Origin: Hormiphora californensis
Lineage: Eukaryota; Animalia; Ctenophora
Direction of reading: 5' to 3'
Length of the DNA stretch: 64,000 nucleotides
NCBI GenBank assembly: GCA_020137815.1
Contig: CM035361.1
Coordinates: 6,076,001-6,140,000, forward strand
Under the pieces are notes generated by a model, which did not search any database, was not told where the DNA came from, and saw only the letters and a program-made list of their open reading frames with translations. A program made the translations under genes and the position numbers. Positions 36,401-47,995 of this stretch are shown in pieces; within the stretch, counting starts at the first letter, position 1, and each line of letters begins with the position of its first letter.

Positions 36401-39400
36401 CAGATACAGTTTAGCCCAATTGTAAACTGGTTTTTGGTGATTAGACCACTTCTCAGCTTGTCGTGATCGATGAAAAACTCTGTAGTTCGAATACCATCTT
36501 TGTAAACTCGAAGTTTCACCTGGAAGCGTCAGTTTGAGAGAGGGCGAGAGTGATAGAAAGAGGGACAGAGAAAAACAGAGAGATGGAGAGAAAGAGATCA
36601 GATGAGAAATTTATTGAAGAATGAGCTATGTTAAATGCAGAGGCACATATAATTTATGCAGTTAATTCGCAGGTATTGTGATATTAACAGCCAAGAGAAA
36701 GAAATTAGAAATGTTTTGAGAGAGGTAGAAAAGGCTAGAGAGAGAGAGAGATAGAGAGATGACGAGAGGGAGAGCGTGAGAGAGCGAGGGAGAAGGGAGA
36801 TAGAGTGAGACAGAGAGGGAGATAGAGTGAGACAGAGAAATGCAAATTAGAAGAAAAAGAAACAAAAAGGTACACAATGTGAAGTAGTAAATTACCGCCA
36901 AAACTGACTTCACCTATTTACATACCACCCATGAGCTATACCTTAATTTCTCTGACCCAAACCCACCTCCACAACTTTAATACCTCATCATTTTGTTTTT
37001 GTTTTGTTCTATTTGCCACCGCCTCGATTGTCCGAGAATAATTTACCGCATTTTAATCATGAAGGTAAGGTAAAAACATTCCTTAGCTCAAATAAATCTC
37101 CAAACCACTCAAACACAATTCCATGCAGGTGAAGGCAGGTGTTGTTTCAATTTTCAAGAAAAGGACGGAAGAAAAAACCGATGAAGTTCAGGAACAAGGT
37201 ATTGATCGGGCTGGGAAGAAACCGAAACGAAGAGTTTTTGAGTTTGAAGTCTTGAACATTGCCAACTTGTGGGGGAGAGACAAGTGGTGGGGAGAGAGCT
37301 CCTCGACACATGGCTCCAAAGGCAAAGAAAAAGTGACCAGTGTCGAACAATCAAAGTCATCTGACGATAAAAAGTGCCATATTGATAGTGATGAGGAATT
37401 TGAATCGTTCAGTGTGGAAATAATGGAGCGATTCCGCAATGTTTTTGACATGTTTGATGCTGACGGCAACGGGACTATTTCATGTGATGAACTAGGTCCG
37501 ATTCTCCGGGCATTAGGTTACAGCCCGGCTGCTCATGAAATTAAACGGATTTTAGAGGAGTATGATGTGGACAAATCTGGTGATTTGGATTTTGAGGAAT
37601 ATGTCAATCTCCTTTCTGCGTGGGTTGAGGAGGATGAGCTTCAGCTGTTAGAGGCATTCAAAGTCTTCGACCGAAATGGGGATGGTTTTGTGTCATGTTC
37701 GGAGTTGAGGCATGCCTTGTGCACGTTTGGGGAGCAGAAATTTGACGAGGAGGAGCTGCTGGAGTTGTTCCATATGTTAGATGAGAATAATGATGGTTTT
37801 ATTATTTATGAAGAATTCATGAGGTACATGTGTGAGATAAATAGGGGACCGAAGGCAGGCGCTCTTGCTGCTTTGAAGTTATAATTCCAGTGACGTTGTC
37901 TAACTTGGAGCAGAGTTTACGATTATATACAGAAAATATTTGGAACAATTTAAAAAGTAACTTTTTAATTGATATACATAATTGGTACCTTTTCTAAGAG
38001 AGTTTCAATTGATGGAGAGGGAGCGGGGGACAGGGAAGAAGTTGGATGAACATCAAGACGGTCATTCCTCAGACACGATAGGTCATCATCTGAAACAGTT
38101 TGAGTAGAAGGGTCCAGGTCACAATCGATCCCACCTGCTAAATTATTGATATATCCCACCCCAATTATTACTATCCCCTTCCCCAAAACTGCTAAATTAT
38201 TAATACCACCCCAATTATTACCATCCCCTTCCCCAAAACTGCTAAATTATTAATCCCACCCCAATTATTACCATCCCCTTCCCCAAAACTGCTAAATTAT
38301 TAATCCCGCCCCAATTATTACTATCCCCTTCCCCAAAACTGCTAAATTATTAATCCCGCCCCAATTATTACTATCCCCTTCCCCAAAACTAAGTTACCCG
38401 GCTCGAGGGCCTCCAGGTCAGCCTGAAACCTCATATAACTGACAAGATTACTCCCATTGTGGCGGTACGTGTTTAGAAGGAGGGCCGTGTCAGAGTCCGT
38501 GAGTTCTGGTGCTGATGGAAAACACCTCCAAAACTGAGGTGAGGTGAGGTGAGGTGAGGTGAGGTGAGGTGAGGTGAGGTGAGGTGAGGTGAGGTGAGGT
38601 GAGGTGAGGTGAGGTGAGGTGAGGTGAGGTGAGGCGAGGTGAGGTGAGGTGAGGTGAGGTGAAAACCTCCATTATAAAGTGTATTGCTCACCTGGCTCTC
38701 CGTGACAAGACCAGAATTGTGTTTATCGAAATCCTCAAAACAGTCAGAAAGGACAATGCCCCGGAAATCGTAGTAATTCTTAATTTTACGGAGGATGTCT
38801 GCAATCTTTACTGGCGGCGTTATCTTGCCCTCCCTTGACAGGGGCGCTGAAGGGAAGAGAAATCTTTAATGATTATAATATTTATGTATTTTTACTTTTT
38901 CCAATGTTGCGAATTGACAGATGGGAAAGGTCAGAGGTCTTCAACAATGAGTTGATTTCTAATTATAAGGAAGTCATATAGTTCACCTAAAAAACTAAAT
39001 CGTGACGTCATGACTTACCAACTTGCAGTTTCCGGACAAAATCTCGGTAGTTTATCATGCCATAGTTCCTCCTACTTCCGTATCTCTTTTGTATTTCGTT
39101 AAAATCTGCCTCTGACACAGTCAGACCGAAGCTCTGGTAAATACACCTCTTGAACTGTGACTCTGGAGAATAGATATATGTTATTATGTTGGGTGTGCCG
39201 TGTGATATCAAGTTTTTCAACCCAAGCAGACCCTATATTTGATTAGCTATTGATTGGAAGATGCGAAATTGAACGGGTCCAATACCTGAAATTTCACCAG
39301 TTCGAAGCCGATCGAAGTCTTTGAAGAATTCGTTGAATCGCACCCGTTTTGTACGTGCCGCGAGGTGAATCTGTGTCTCCAGGCCTGGCAGTCGCTGTGC

Positions 39401-39418
39401 CAGCATGGTGGTTGTCAT
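30476..39418 (-). CDS. Large multi-EF-hand repeat protein, ~20 exons; probably axonemal (FAP115/CFAP115- or EFCAB6-like)
   Basis: About 8 repeats of R-x-R-x2-[ED]-[FH]-F-x-D-[FY]-D-x-L-x-[ST]-G-x-[IV] followed by a [IV]-N-Y-x2-F helix. Exons near 39286-39418, 39019-39161, 38692-38846, 38398-38533, 37989-38134, 36399-36519, 36172-36280, 35924-36062, 35672-35822, 35489-35570, 35150-35310, 34975-35070, 34689-34821, 34377-34566, 33915-34148, 33637-33750, 33443-33552, 31223-31335, 30869-31048, 30476-30638. The family name is inference. Confidence 0.85.
31459..33426. mobile_element. Foldback element with ~680-bp arms, CACGG...CCGTG termini and 4-bp TSD (Chapaev/CMC-like), intronic
   Basis: caga|cacggtgtccc ... 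gggacaccgtg|caga; the right arm is interrupted at 32870-33353. Confidence 0.85.
32870..33353 (-). mobile_element. Non-autonomous Helentron/Helitron2-like element, copy 1
   Basis: Inserted in an A-run with no clear TSD (empty site visible in the left foldback arm); asymmetric TIR tccctgccc/gggcaggga and 3' hairpin gcattatg-cataatgc. Confidence 0.8.
37059..37884 (+). CDS. Calmodulin-like protein (4 EF-hands) with ~105-aa N-terminal extension, nested antisense in an intron of the multi-EF-hand gene
   Basis: Loops DADGNGTISCDE, DVDKSGDLDFEE, DRNGDGFVSCSE, DENNDGFIIYEE; probable first mini-exon ATGAAG at 37059-37064 spliced to 37129. Confidence 0.9.
38134..38392. repeat. ~50-bp minisatellite x5 making up almost a whole intron, each unit carrying the acceptor
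   Basis: ctgctaaattattaatccc(a/g)ccccaattatta(c)tatccccttccccaaaa units; aatttagcag on the minus strand. Confidence 0.9.
38535..38662. repeat. (GAGGT)n pentanucleotide microsatellite abutting an acceptor
   Basis: About 25 copies; minus strand reads (acctc)n ag|TTTTGG. Confidence 0.95.
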
Positions 39419-39429
39419 AATTTGGTAGG

Positions 39430-39723
39430 GCTAGATAAAGGTAGGAGGGGTTAGTTTGGCTAGATAGAGGTAGGAGGGGTTAGTTTAGCTAGATACCTAT
39501 AGAGGTAGGAGGGGTTAGTTTGGCTAGATATAGAGGTAGGAGGGGTTAGTTTGGCTAGATAGAGGTAGGAGGGGTTAGTTTAGCTAGATATAGAGGTAGG
39601 AGGGGTTAGTTTGGCTAGATATAGAGGTAGGAGGGGTTAGTTTGGCTAGATAGAGGTAGGAGGGGTTAGTTATGGTAAGGGAGGGAGATAGAAAGGCAAC
39701 TTGTTAGTTTGGCTAGATAGAGG
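39430..39723. repeat. ~29-36-bp minisatellite of the acceptor upstream of the EF-hand gene ATG
   Basis: gctagata(ta)gaggtaggaggggttagttt(g/a), about 8 copies. Confidence 0.92.
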
Positions 39724-39995
39724 ATGGGCGTTGATGTGGGGGGGGGGGGGGGGGGGGGGGGATTTGGCAAGGAAAATAAAAACAAAAAGCAGTTTGAAAA
39801 TTTGTCAAACAATATAACTCTTCTGATAACAATTAAATAATTCTCAATCTTTCTGATTTGATAGTCACAATTCTCATGTATTTCCCATACACCCAGCGTC
39901 CATATCACCTTCCAAAGACAGAAAAGAATGATCATTCTGTCCAAAATTCATCTCCATGTTCAATTGTTCAAGTTCAGTTCCCTTTTACAATCCTC

Positions 39996-41064
39996 TCACA
40001 TCATCTCCCGGGTAGTGTCTCTAGCACGCTCCATCATATTCCTTATCTCATTCAACCCACAGTTGTTTTTCTCCCTCCGTCTACTCTGGGCTGGACTCAA
40101 CAAACCGTGATAGTAACTGTTCTCACTTGAGCTCGAGGATGAAGAGGCAGGTTTAGAGCGAATTTTGGGCCGATGTTGGTGAGCCTGTTGCTGATCTTCA
40201 AATGACAGGTTTGGTGGATTTGGAGATGGAGTTGATTCGAAGACAAGACAACCGGTGGAACCAGTTTTTCGGATACTTTTCGGGGAGAAAACTAGACGTT
40301 TTCGGGGAGTCTCAGCATTGGCTGGGTGTCCGTTTGTCTGTTTGTTTGTGTGGCCATTTTTAGTGTGTCCGTTTGCAACGACTTTCTGTCCGTTAGTTTG
40401 TCCACGAGAAAATGTTTGTCCATCTCTTCGTTCGTTTGTTGGTCCACGAGAAAAAGTTTGTCCATTTGTCTGTCCATCTGTTTGTCCGTTTGTTTGTCCG
40501 TTTGTTTGCACACTATCTTCCTCTGATCCCCCATCCTTTTGTATCTCATCGCTAAACACACTAACTGTACTAGTTGCTCGGGAAAGATTGTTAGTAATCT
40601 CCGTCAGCCGTTCTTCCATTTCGTTCTTCAACTGGGCATAAATCTCCGATTTTATTTCCCGAATCACACCATCATCAATATCCTTCTCTCTCATTTTCTC
40701 CGGTTTAGCATTCATAATTCTCCGGTTATTGGCATGATTCTCACTAGCAAGGACGCATGTCCGGACACTGTTCGTCACTTTCAAACACTCCAAACAAAAC
40801 CACCAAAGAGATGGTACTCTAGATAACTCCCCCACCGTTGAACGTGAGATACGATCCGCGAGACATGGCGTGTGGAACATCCTCCGGCACAGATGACATG
40901 TGATTTTGTCATGGTGGTGAGGGGACATGACGTGACAGAGAGAGCAATATCCAGATGGGTCAAAGAGGCCCTGTTTGAGGTCGGAGGAGGTGGAAGCGAG
41001 AGAGGTGTTTGTGGAAGCGGGAACCACGCGGCGTGGAAGTGTCCAGAAAGAGGGGATTTTGCAT
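39996..41064 (-). CDS. Intronless PHD-finger / coiled-coil ORF (LINE ORF1-like); start uncertain
   Basis: CSLC..CHLC..FHTPC..WWFCLEC is a C4HC3 pattern; there is no in-frame ATG before the finger, and the ATG at 41064 after a good acceptor is one frame off. Confidence 0.6.
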
Positions 41065-41969
41065 TATACTGGGGGATGAAAGTTGTACAATGTTGTTATG
41101 GAAACGAATAGAAACATCGGGATCACGCAAAGTGATGCTACTTAGGATCGTAAACCGCACAAATTACAAGCAGATCTTGGTGAACTGAGAGAAAGACAAC
41201 ACCAATTGCAATTGTCGTATGGCATTAGTATGTATTAGGAAAATAGGATGATAAGCCGATAACTGGGATCATAGATTTGACTAAGAAGTTACGTAGAGCG
41301 TTTAAACGCGTTCGGGAAATTAGACGAAACAATATAGATCTCAGAGATTTTTATGCAGACCACAACTTTTCTCATAATTAACACGAATAGTTATAGTAGA
41401 CAGCTCTATCTTTTACTCCCTCTCTCTTTCTCTCTCATGCCAGACCGTCTCTATCAGTCCATCTCGCTCTCTCTCCCTCGTGCTCTCTAAACTTTTGCAT
41501 TTTCTCTTCCTTCCCTCTTTGTCTATTATGTTTTAGTAGCCTGTTGGACACATAACCAGTTTCTCAGACTACTCCATTATATGAGACCGCACACTAGGAG
41601 TAGATAGTCATTTGGGCTATAAGGGGCTATCATACTATAAGGTATAACTGACAAAGGACAAAAAGTATATTTGTCCTACAAAATGGGACAGTAGGACACA
41701 AGTGATCAGAATTCATCAGAGTGAACAATACAACATAATAACAAGGCAGGACACTGGGAAGAGAAAGTGGGGAAAGATACCCTGCCAGTCTTATCTCTTA
41801 CATCATGCGCCCCTGTGACAGAAGAATGTACAAATAGCATGGGGACGCTACGGAATCCAAGATATTGAAGGAATGTTCTAAACGATCACAAGTTAGAACA
41901 GAGAGATTGAAGACATGCTAGTAGATAAAGCTATCCTGAAGTAGAAATGAAATGAGTACCGAATACGGC

Positions 41970-42006
<37 letters not shown>

Positions 42007-42399
42007 GACGATCGAGAAGTGGAGAGAGAGCGAGCTCTACTAGTGCTGAGATATGCCTAGGCCCCGATCTCTCGCGCTCTCTCGTAGCCTCGCGCAGCTC
42101 TCGTCTCCTCGCTCTCGTCTCTCTCGACTCTCTCTCTGCTCTCTCTCGCGCCTGCTTCTCCTCGTCTCTCTCTGCTGCTCTCTGCTCTCTCTCTCGCGCT
42201 TCTCTCGCTCTCTCTCTAGCTCGTCTCTCCTTCTTCTCTTCTCTCTCTCCTCTCTCCCTCTTTTCTCTCTCTCTCACTACTCGACTGGGGACACCTTTAC
42301 GAGCAACATGTGCAAAGTACCTCCCAGGGCGAATCATACACACGCAAACCATCACTACAATCATAACATAGGTGAGTAGTACTTCTGTATCTCTTCCTA

Positions 42400-42439
<40 letters not shown>

Positions 42440-42885
42440 GTCTCTCTCTCTCTCTCTCTCTCTCTCACCCTCCCTCTTCCTGTCTCATCCCTTGCCACCA
42501 GCAAAGTTGTTTTATGTATCACCCACTCTTAGAGAATATGATAATTTTCAAGCCATGTCACATTATCAAACAACAAACAATCAAAGCTTCATACCAAGTG
42601 ACAATAACTGGCACTATTTCCTGATCCCTCCTTATCTTACTATCTCTCTTCCTATTCTTCTCTCTATCTGTCTTCCTATTCTTCTCTCTATCTCATCGCT
42701 CTGTATTATTATTATTATTTCAGCCAATAATAAATTTCAATCTCACTGAATTTCTGGCAAACAAAAGAAATCGGGCTGAATACAAATTTACAAGCACAGT
42801 CTCAGACAGCCTCAGTTAATTCAACTCTCATCTATCCTCTCTCTCTCTCTCTTTCAGCTTTCTCTCTCTCTCTCTCTCTCTCTCT

Positions 42886-43783
42886 GTTCGTATTCTCTAT
42901 AACATACCTAAGCTTGATAAGTATGCAAAGCCTCACACCAAACCAACTTTTGCCGCTGAGTCACTACTGACAGTGTACTCGCTCTATACACTCTCTGTAC
43001 TATCTGAAATGTTTTATTACTACAGTACCAATACATCTCATAGACCAACCTCTATTGTTAAGTTCTCCTCTAGAAATGAGTGTCTTGCTCTGGTTCCTCC
43101 TGGTAGGCGCATATACCTTGACAACAATTTCATGTTTTCTGGGCCTCGGTTTTGGAACACAGCTTTGAAAGACAAAACATATTTTAACTCTGCATCTTGT
43201 TTTTTCTCGCCTCAGTCTTTCAAATCAGCTGCCTTTAAGTTGATCTCCCATCTTCAGAACTCTGGTCCTGATATTATATGGACATGTTTAAACACTTCTC
43301 TGTTGAGAAATTGATCCCCACAGCCCCCTATTCCCTCTACCCTATAATCCAACCTGGCTCCTATAATTCAACCTGGCTCCTATAATCCAACCTATCCAAA
43401 TTATCTATATTGAGCAGTTGTTTCCCCCTCTCCCCTCGCCTCTCCCTTCCTTAAATTCTCCCCTTAACCTATCTTCTTTCACATATGCGCTATATGGCAC
43501 AAAGTCTTCCTATCACGGAGCAACATCCCCATGTGGACTTCCTCTGCAACCAGTCATCACCTGTCCCCCAAGCTTGTGGCACTGGTTACGAACCACCAAT
43601 CTGAATGTTTTCAAAGAACTATGACATTGACAGTGTCTCGCAAGGGACAGTTGGAACTGATTTATGTGTGTGCTAGAACTACTATTTTACATGTTTTCAC
43701 TGTGTTTTTTTACGCTGTGTTTTCTGTGTGTGCATCCATACTTTGTGTTCCACGTACCTATTTATTTCAATCAATCAATCAAT

Positions 43784-43788
<5 letters not shown>
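42886..43788 (+). mobile_element. 5'-truncated LINE (ORF2 C-terminus, 3'UTR, (TCAA)n tail) inserted in (CT)n
   Basis: HTKPTF..LLTVYSLY..FMFSGPRFWN; tail tcaatcaatcaatcaatc. Confidence 0.7.
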
Positions 43789-43818
<30 letters not shown>

Positions 43819-46800
43819 CTCTCTCTCCCTCCCTCATTTGTAATCAATCTAAACTCTTTGATCGATCCTGCATGATGAAAAGACACGTCCCTCTCAGAGA
43901 TAGAGCTTGGAGGAGAGACTTGCACTGTCGTCACCACTCATATGCATGCAGTTTGATAATGATGATAGTTTCATTAACTAGCTCGTATCTCTCTCTGTAA
44001 AGTGTCTCTTTCTCCCTCTCTCAGCTCTGTTGCTTGTGAATGAATTCCCATTACATCAAACTAGCATGGAAATGAAAAAACCTCAAAAAACATAGCAGGA
44101 GCACTGCCTATCTCATGCATCCTTCATCTCACCCTCGCATCTAGGATTATTATTTCAGACAATTAGTTAATAATATCTACTCACTACTGCAGCTGGCAAA
44201 CAAAAGAAATGGGAAAGAAAGAAGAGTTTTCAAAAAGCACAGTCTCAGACAGCCTCAGTAAACAACCCTCATCTCTATCTCCTATCTTCTTCATCTCTCG
44301 TTCACCATTCTTCTCCTTTTCGCAGAAACTCTCTGTTTGGTTTGGGGACTGTCGAGTAGTGGCCACTAACCCGGCACCGCTACACGCACCGTGATATAAA
44401 GATGTAAATGAAAGACCGAAGGAGACGAGGTAGTCAGTAGCGACAGAATTGATCAAAGACTAGATATAAAGGGATTTTGAAAAGTGTAAGATTCAGTTTG
44501 GAATCGGGAAGAAGGGGCAACTATGGAAGGATTTGTGTGTTGGTTATAGATCCCTGCATCCTGGAGAGACGGGATGCCGACCATGATCACGATCACATCA
44601 GACAGACATCGAGTGACCGACACGGATACTGTTAGGAACACTAAGCCCCCAAAAGTTATAAAACCCTTAGCGTGACTCTGTCCTTCGCACAGTGTCAAGA
44701 TTTAAACATGCAGGGGATGCAATAGAAAGGGTAATAAGAGCACGCCCCGAAGGACTAAAAATCGGTCATAGTGTCTGTCGTCGACGGGGTCAGTTCTCAC
44801 TCCTCAAGCACTCGTTCTCGGTTTGTAGATTGTCTTGTTAGTACTGTCAAGAGAGCTAGTCCAAGACTTGGTGAAACCAACACCTCTATCTGGTTGGACA
44901 AGGGTGCGATCCGGATTGCTCCTACAATCGAAACTGTCAATTTGACAGAGTGACAATTATAGCGAGATTGTGCGTGACTGGGATGACGAAGGGGTAAGAT
45001 ATCCCAGATGACGTGAACTGAGTGGCGATCGTGTTACCGTCTCATGAACCATGTGAATGGCGTCTAGCCAGAACTTGTAGAGATAACCACGTGGGGATGA
45101 AGGTTGACTGGCTGGGAATAAATAATTTTGTGAGAGTGGAGAGAGAGAGAGAGAAGAGCCGAGTGTGTAGAGAGCGAGGGGAGAGTGGAGAGGCGAGAGG
45201 TAGAGAGCGAGTGCGAACGCGCGCGAGCGAGAAGAGAGAAAATGGGTAGAGAGCGAGAGAGGGAACGGAGGAAACCAGGGGCAGGGTGAACAGAAAGATC
45301 ACACCTAATTGTGAGAAATTGGGCTGAAATAAGCATGGGACATGCGAGAGAGGGAAAAAAGGGGGGGGGGGAAGATGAAGAGAAGAAGCCTGCAATGCTC
45401 TGCAGGGCAAAAATGCGCTGGCAGGGGCAAAAATAGGGATAGATGAGGGAAAGTGAGGAAGAAATGAGAGACAAAGAAGATACAGAGAAGAGAAGGGCAG
45501 CCTGGAGAGTCAAAATAGGGCCTGAGGATGAAAGAGAAACTAGGCGGAGGACCAGGGCAGCGGACAAGCCAGGATGAGAGGCCCGGAAGCAGGAAACGGG
45601 GATGACACACGAATACATGAATGCAGCAAACAGGAGTCAGGAGAAACACGTCCAATAATGGACAAGAGGGGAATCACAAAACCTGAACGTAAAAATATAG
45701 AAATATAAGATATGTAAAAGAAAAAAAGGGGTGTTAATAACAGCTGTAACAGACTATACTATAGCTATAAATGAAAAGGAGAGGATACAGGAATAACGAA
45801 CCTACAAGTGGGATGATACAGACCAGAACAGATGTCACTCTACGCTAACAGGGATAGAGGTACAGACGAGATACAGACTCAACAACAACTGGACAAGCAA
45901 GCAGACTGGTTCTTATCTGATTGTTGAGTAGTTGCTTCTTGATGTGAACTCCTCCAATATAATAGTCCATAGTTGATTTGCAGGATTTGGTAAATTCTCT
46001 GAGAATTCTATGTCCCCAGGATACAGACATCGACAGATAAAACAAAACAACGAGCGATGAAATTTAATCCCCTCCCTCCTCTCTCTCCCTCCCTCATTTG
46101 TAATCAATCTAAACTCTTTGATCGATCCTGCATGATGAAAAGACACGTCCCGCACAGAGATAGAGCTTAGAGGAGAGACTTTTATCTTGCACTGTCGTCA
46201 CCACTCATATGCATGCAGTTTGAAAATGATTATAGTTTCATTAACTAGCTCGTATCCCTCCCTGTAAAGTGTCTCTTTCTCCCTCTCTCAGCTCTGTTGC
46301 TTGTGAATGATATTCCATTACATCAAACTAGCATGGAATAAAAAACCTAAAAAAATAGCAAAGGCAAAAAGATATCTAAATTATGTGACTAGGGGATTTA
46401 AATCCACACCTCTCAAAACGGGAGGAAAAACATGGACAGTTTTATTATGTTATAAATATTACTCATTTTCGCAGTCTGAATTGAAGGGAAAGAAAAGAGA
46501 GGAGGTTAAAAAAAACGGGACTCTGCAAAAGTAAACAGAAACCAGGCGAAATTTTTGCTTTTGGGTACTTAGATGATTATAGCGAAAGGAAAATTTCAAA
46601 TTTTTCTGCGAAAAAAACCCCTTTTCAAACTTGGCATTGTTTTATGGCCCTAACTGGCCCAAACCCGAAAGCAAAAAAGGGGAAAAAGAGAGAGGGAATA
46701 AGAAGAGGAAGAAGAGGAGAGGAAAGAGAAAGAGAGCGAAAAATTGGGAAAAAAAAACCCCTCCCCTTTTTTTAGGCCCTAAAGGGGGGTTTTTTTTTTT

Positions 46801-47369
46801 TGGGGGGGGGGGGGTTTTTTTTTCCCCTTTTCAAAAAATTTTGGGGGGGTCTTTTTTTCCCCCCTTTTTCCCCAAAAAAAAGGGGGGAAACTTTTCTTTT
46901 TCCCTCCCCCCCCTCCTTTTCCTTTCCCCCCCTCCCCCCTTTTTTCTTCCCCCCCCCCTGGGTTTTTTTCCCCCCCTTTTTTTTCCCCCCCTTCCTGATT
47001 CCCTTATTGTGGTTTCCCCACCTTTTCCCCCCTTTTTTTTTTCCTCTTTTTTGGTTCCCCCTTTTTTCCTTTTTTTGGGGTGTTTTATTTTCCCCCCTTA
47101 AATTTTTTTGCTCTTCTAAATTATTTTGGGGTTTTTCCCTTTAAAAGGGGGCCCCCCCCCCTTTTTTTATTTAGGCAACAGAGAAGAACAATAAGGGAAG
47201 AAGAGAAGAGATAAGAAGGAGATACGACGAGATCAAGAGAGAGGAGAGAGAGATAGGAAGGAGCTCTAGATAAAGAGATAGAGCGAGAGAAGCAGATGTG
47301 AAGGTAGCGGGCTACTGAGCTACGTGGACGTAGCATCGGAGAGTCGTAGAGTAGGAGAGAGAGTCGGGG

Positions 47370-47438
<69 letters not shown>

Positions 47439-47995
47439 AAGGTGTGTGTAATCATAATAATGACTTCCGGTGGTTCCCTTGTTTTCACTGGACAACAAAC
47501 CTCACATCATTCCTGATCCTCTCCTTATTGTGGATTTCCACATCCCCGTAGTGGATTTCCACCTCTTTCTAGTGAGGTAGTAATCCTCAGATTTACTGTG
47601 GATATCCACTGATGGTTCCGGGTGTGAGTTGGCCGATGGAATATATCATTTTCCGCGTGAATAAGGTGTTAGTGAATGAGTCGTTCGTGGAAAGTTCATT
47701 TCACAGGGTAAATAAAATCTTCAAAACAAGCTTCTAAAAACGGGAGGCAAAAGCTCAATTTATACCACGAAAAACAGTGCTTTTTACTTTAAATATTCGC
47801 TCATCTTAGATCTGTACAACACGGGAAGACCTTAAAACCTTCTCTCTGATTATATTTCTGTACTAAAAGAATCGGTAAACTGGGATTTAAATTCTGTGCT
47901 CACCAGAGTCTTTTTCCCTTTTTATTTGCCTGAAAGAGCTAGCTTGTCAGCACTCAAATATTTACAACAGCTAAAATGGTTCAAAAATGTATTTT

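Noticed and set aside
45845-46045. Protein-like stretch ...MDYYIGGVHIKKQLL...
   Set aside because: Unrecognised, no consistent splice partners, and inside the low-quality region.
41400-47430. ORFs, duplications (43817-44100 vs 46070-46350; 42715-42840 vs 44148-44290) and homopolymer mosaic at 46700-47200
   Set aside because: The pattern fits uncorrected noisy reads or misassembly (e.g. ~46990 is a corrupted version of ~47508); only the LINE fragment 42886-43788 is credible.
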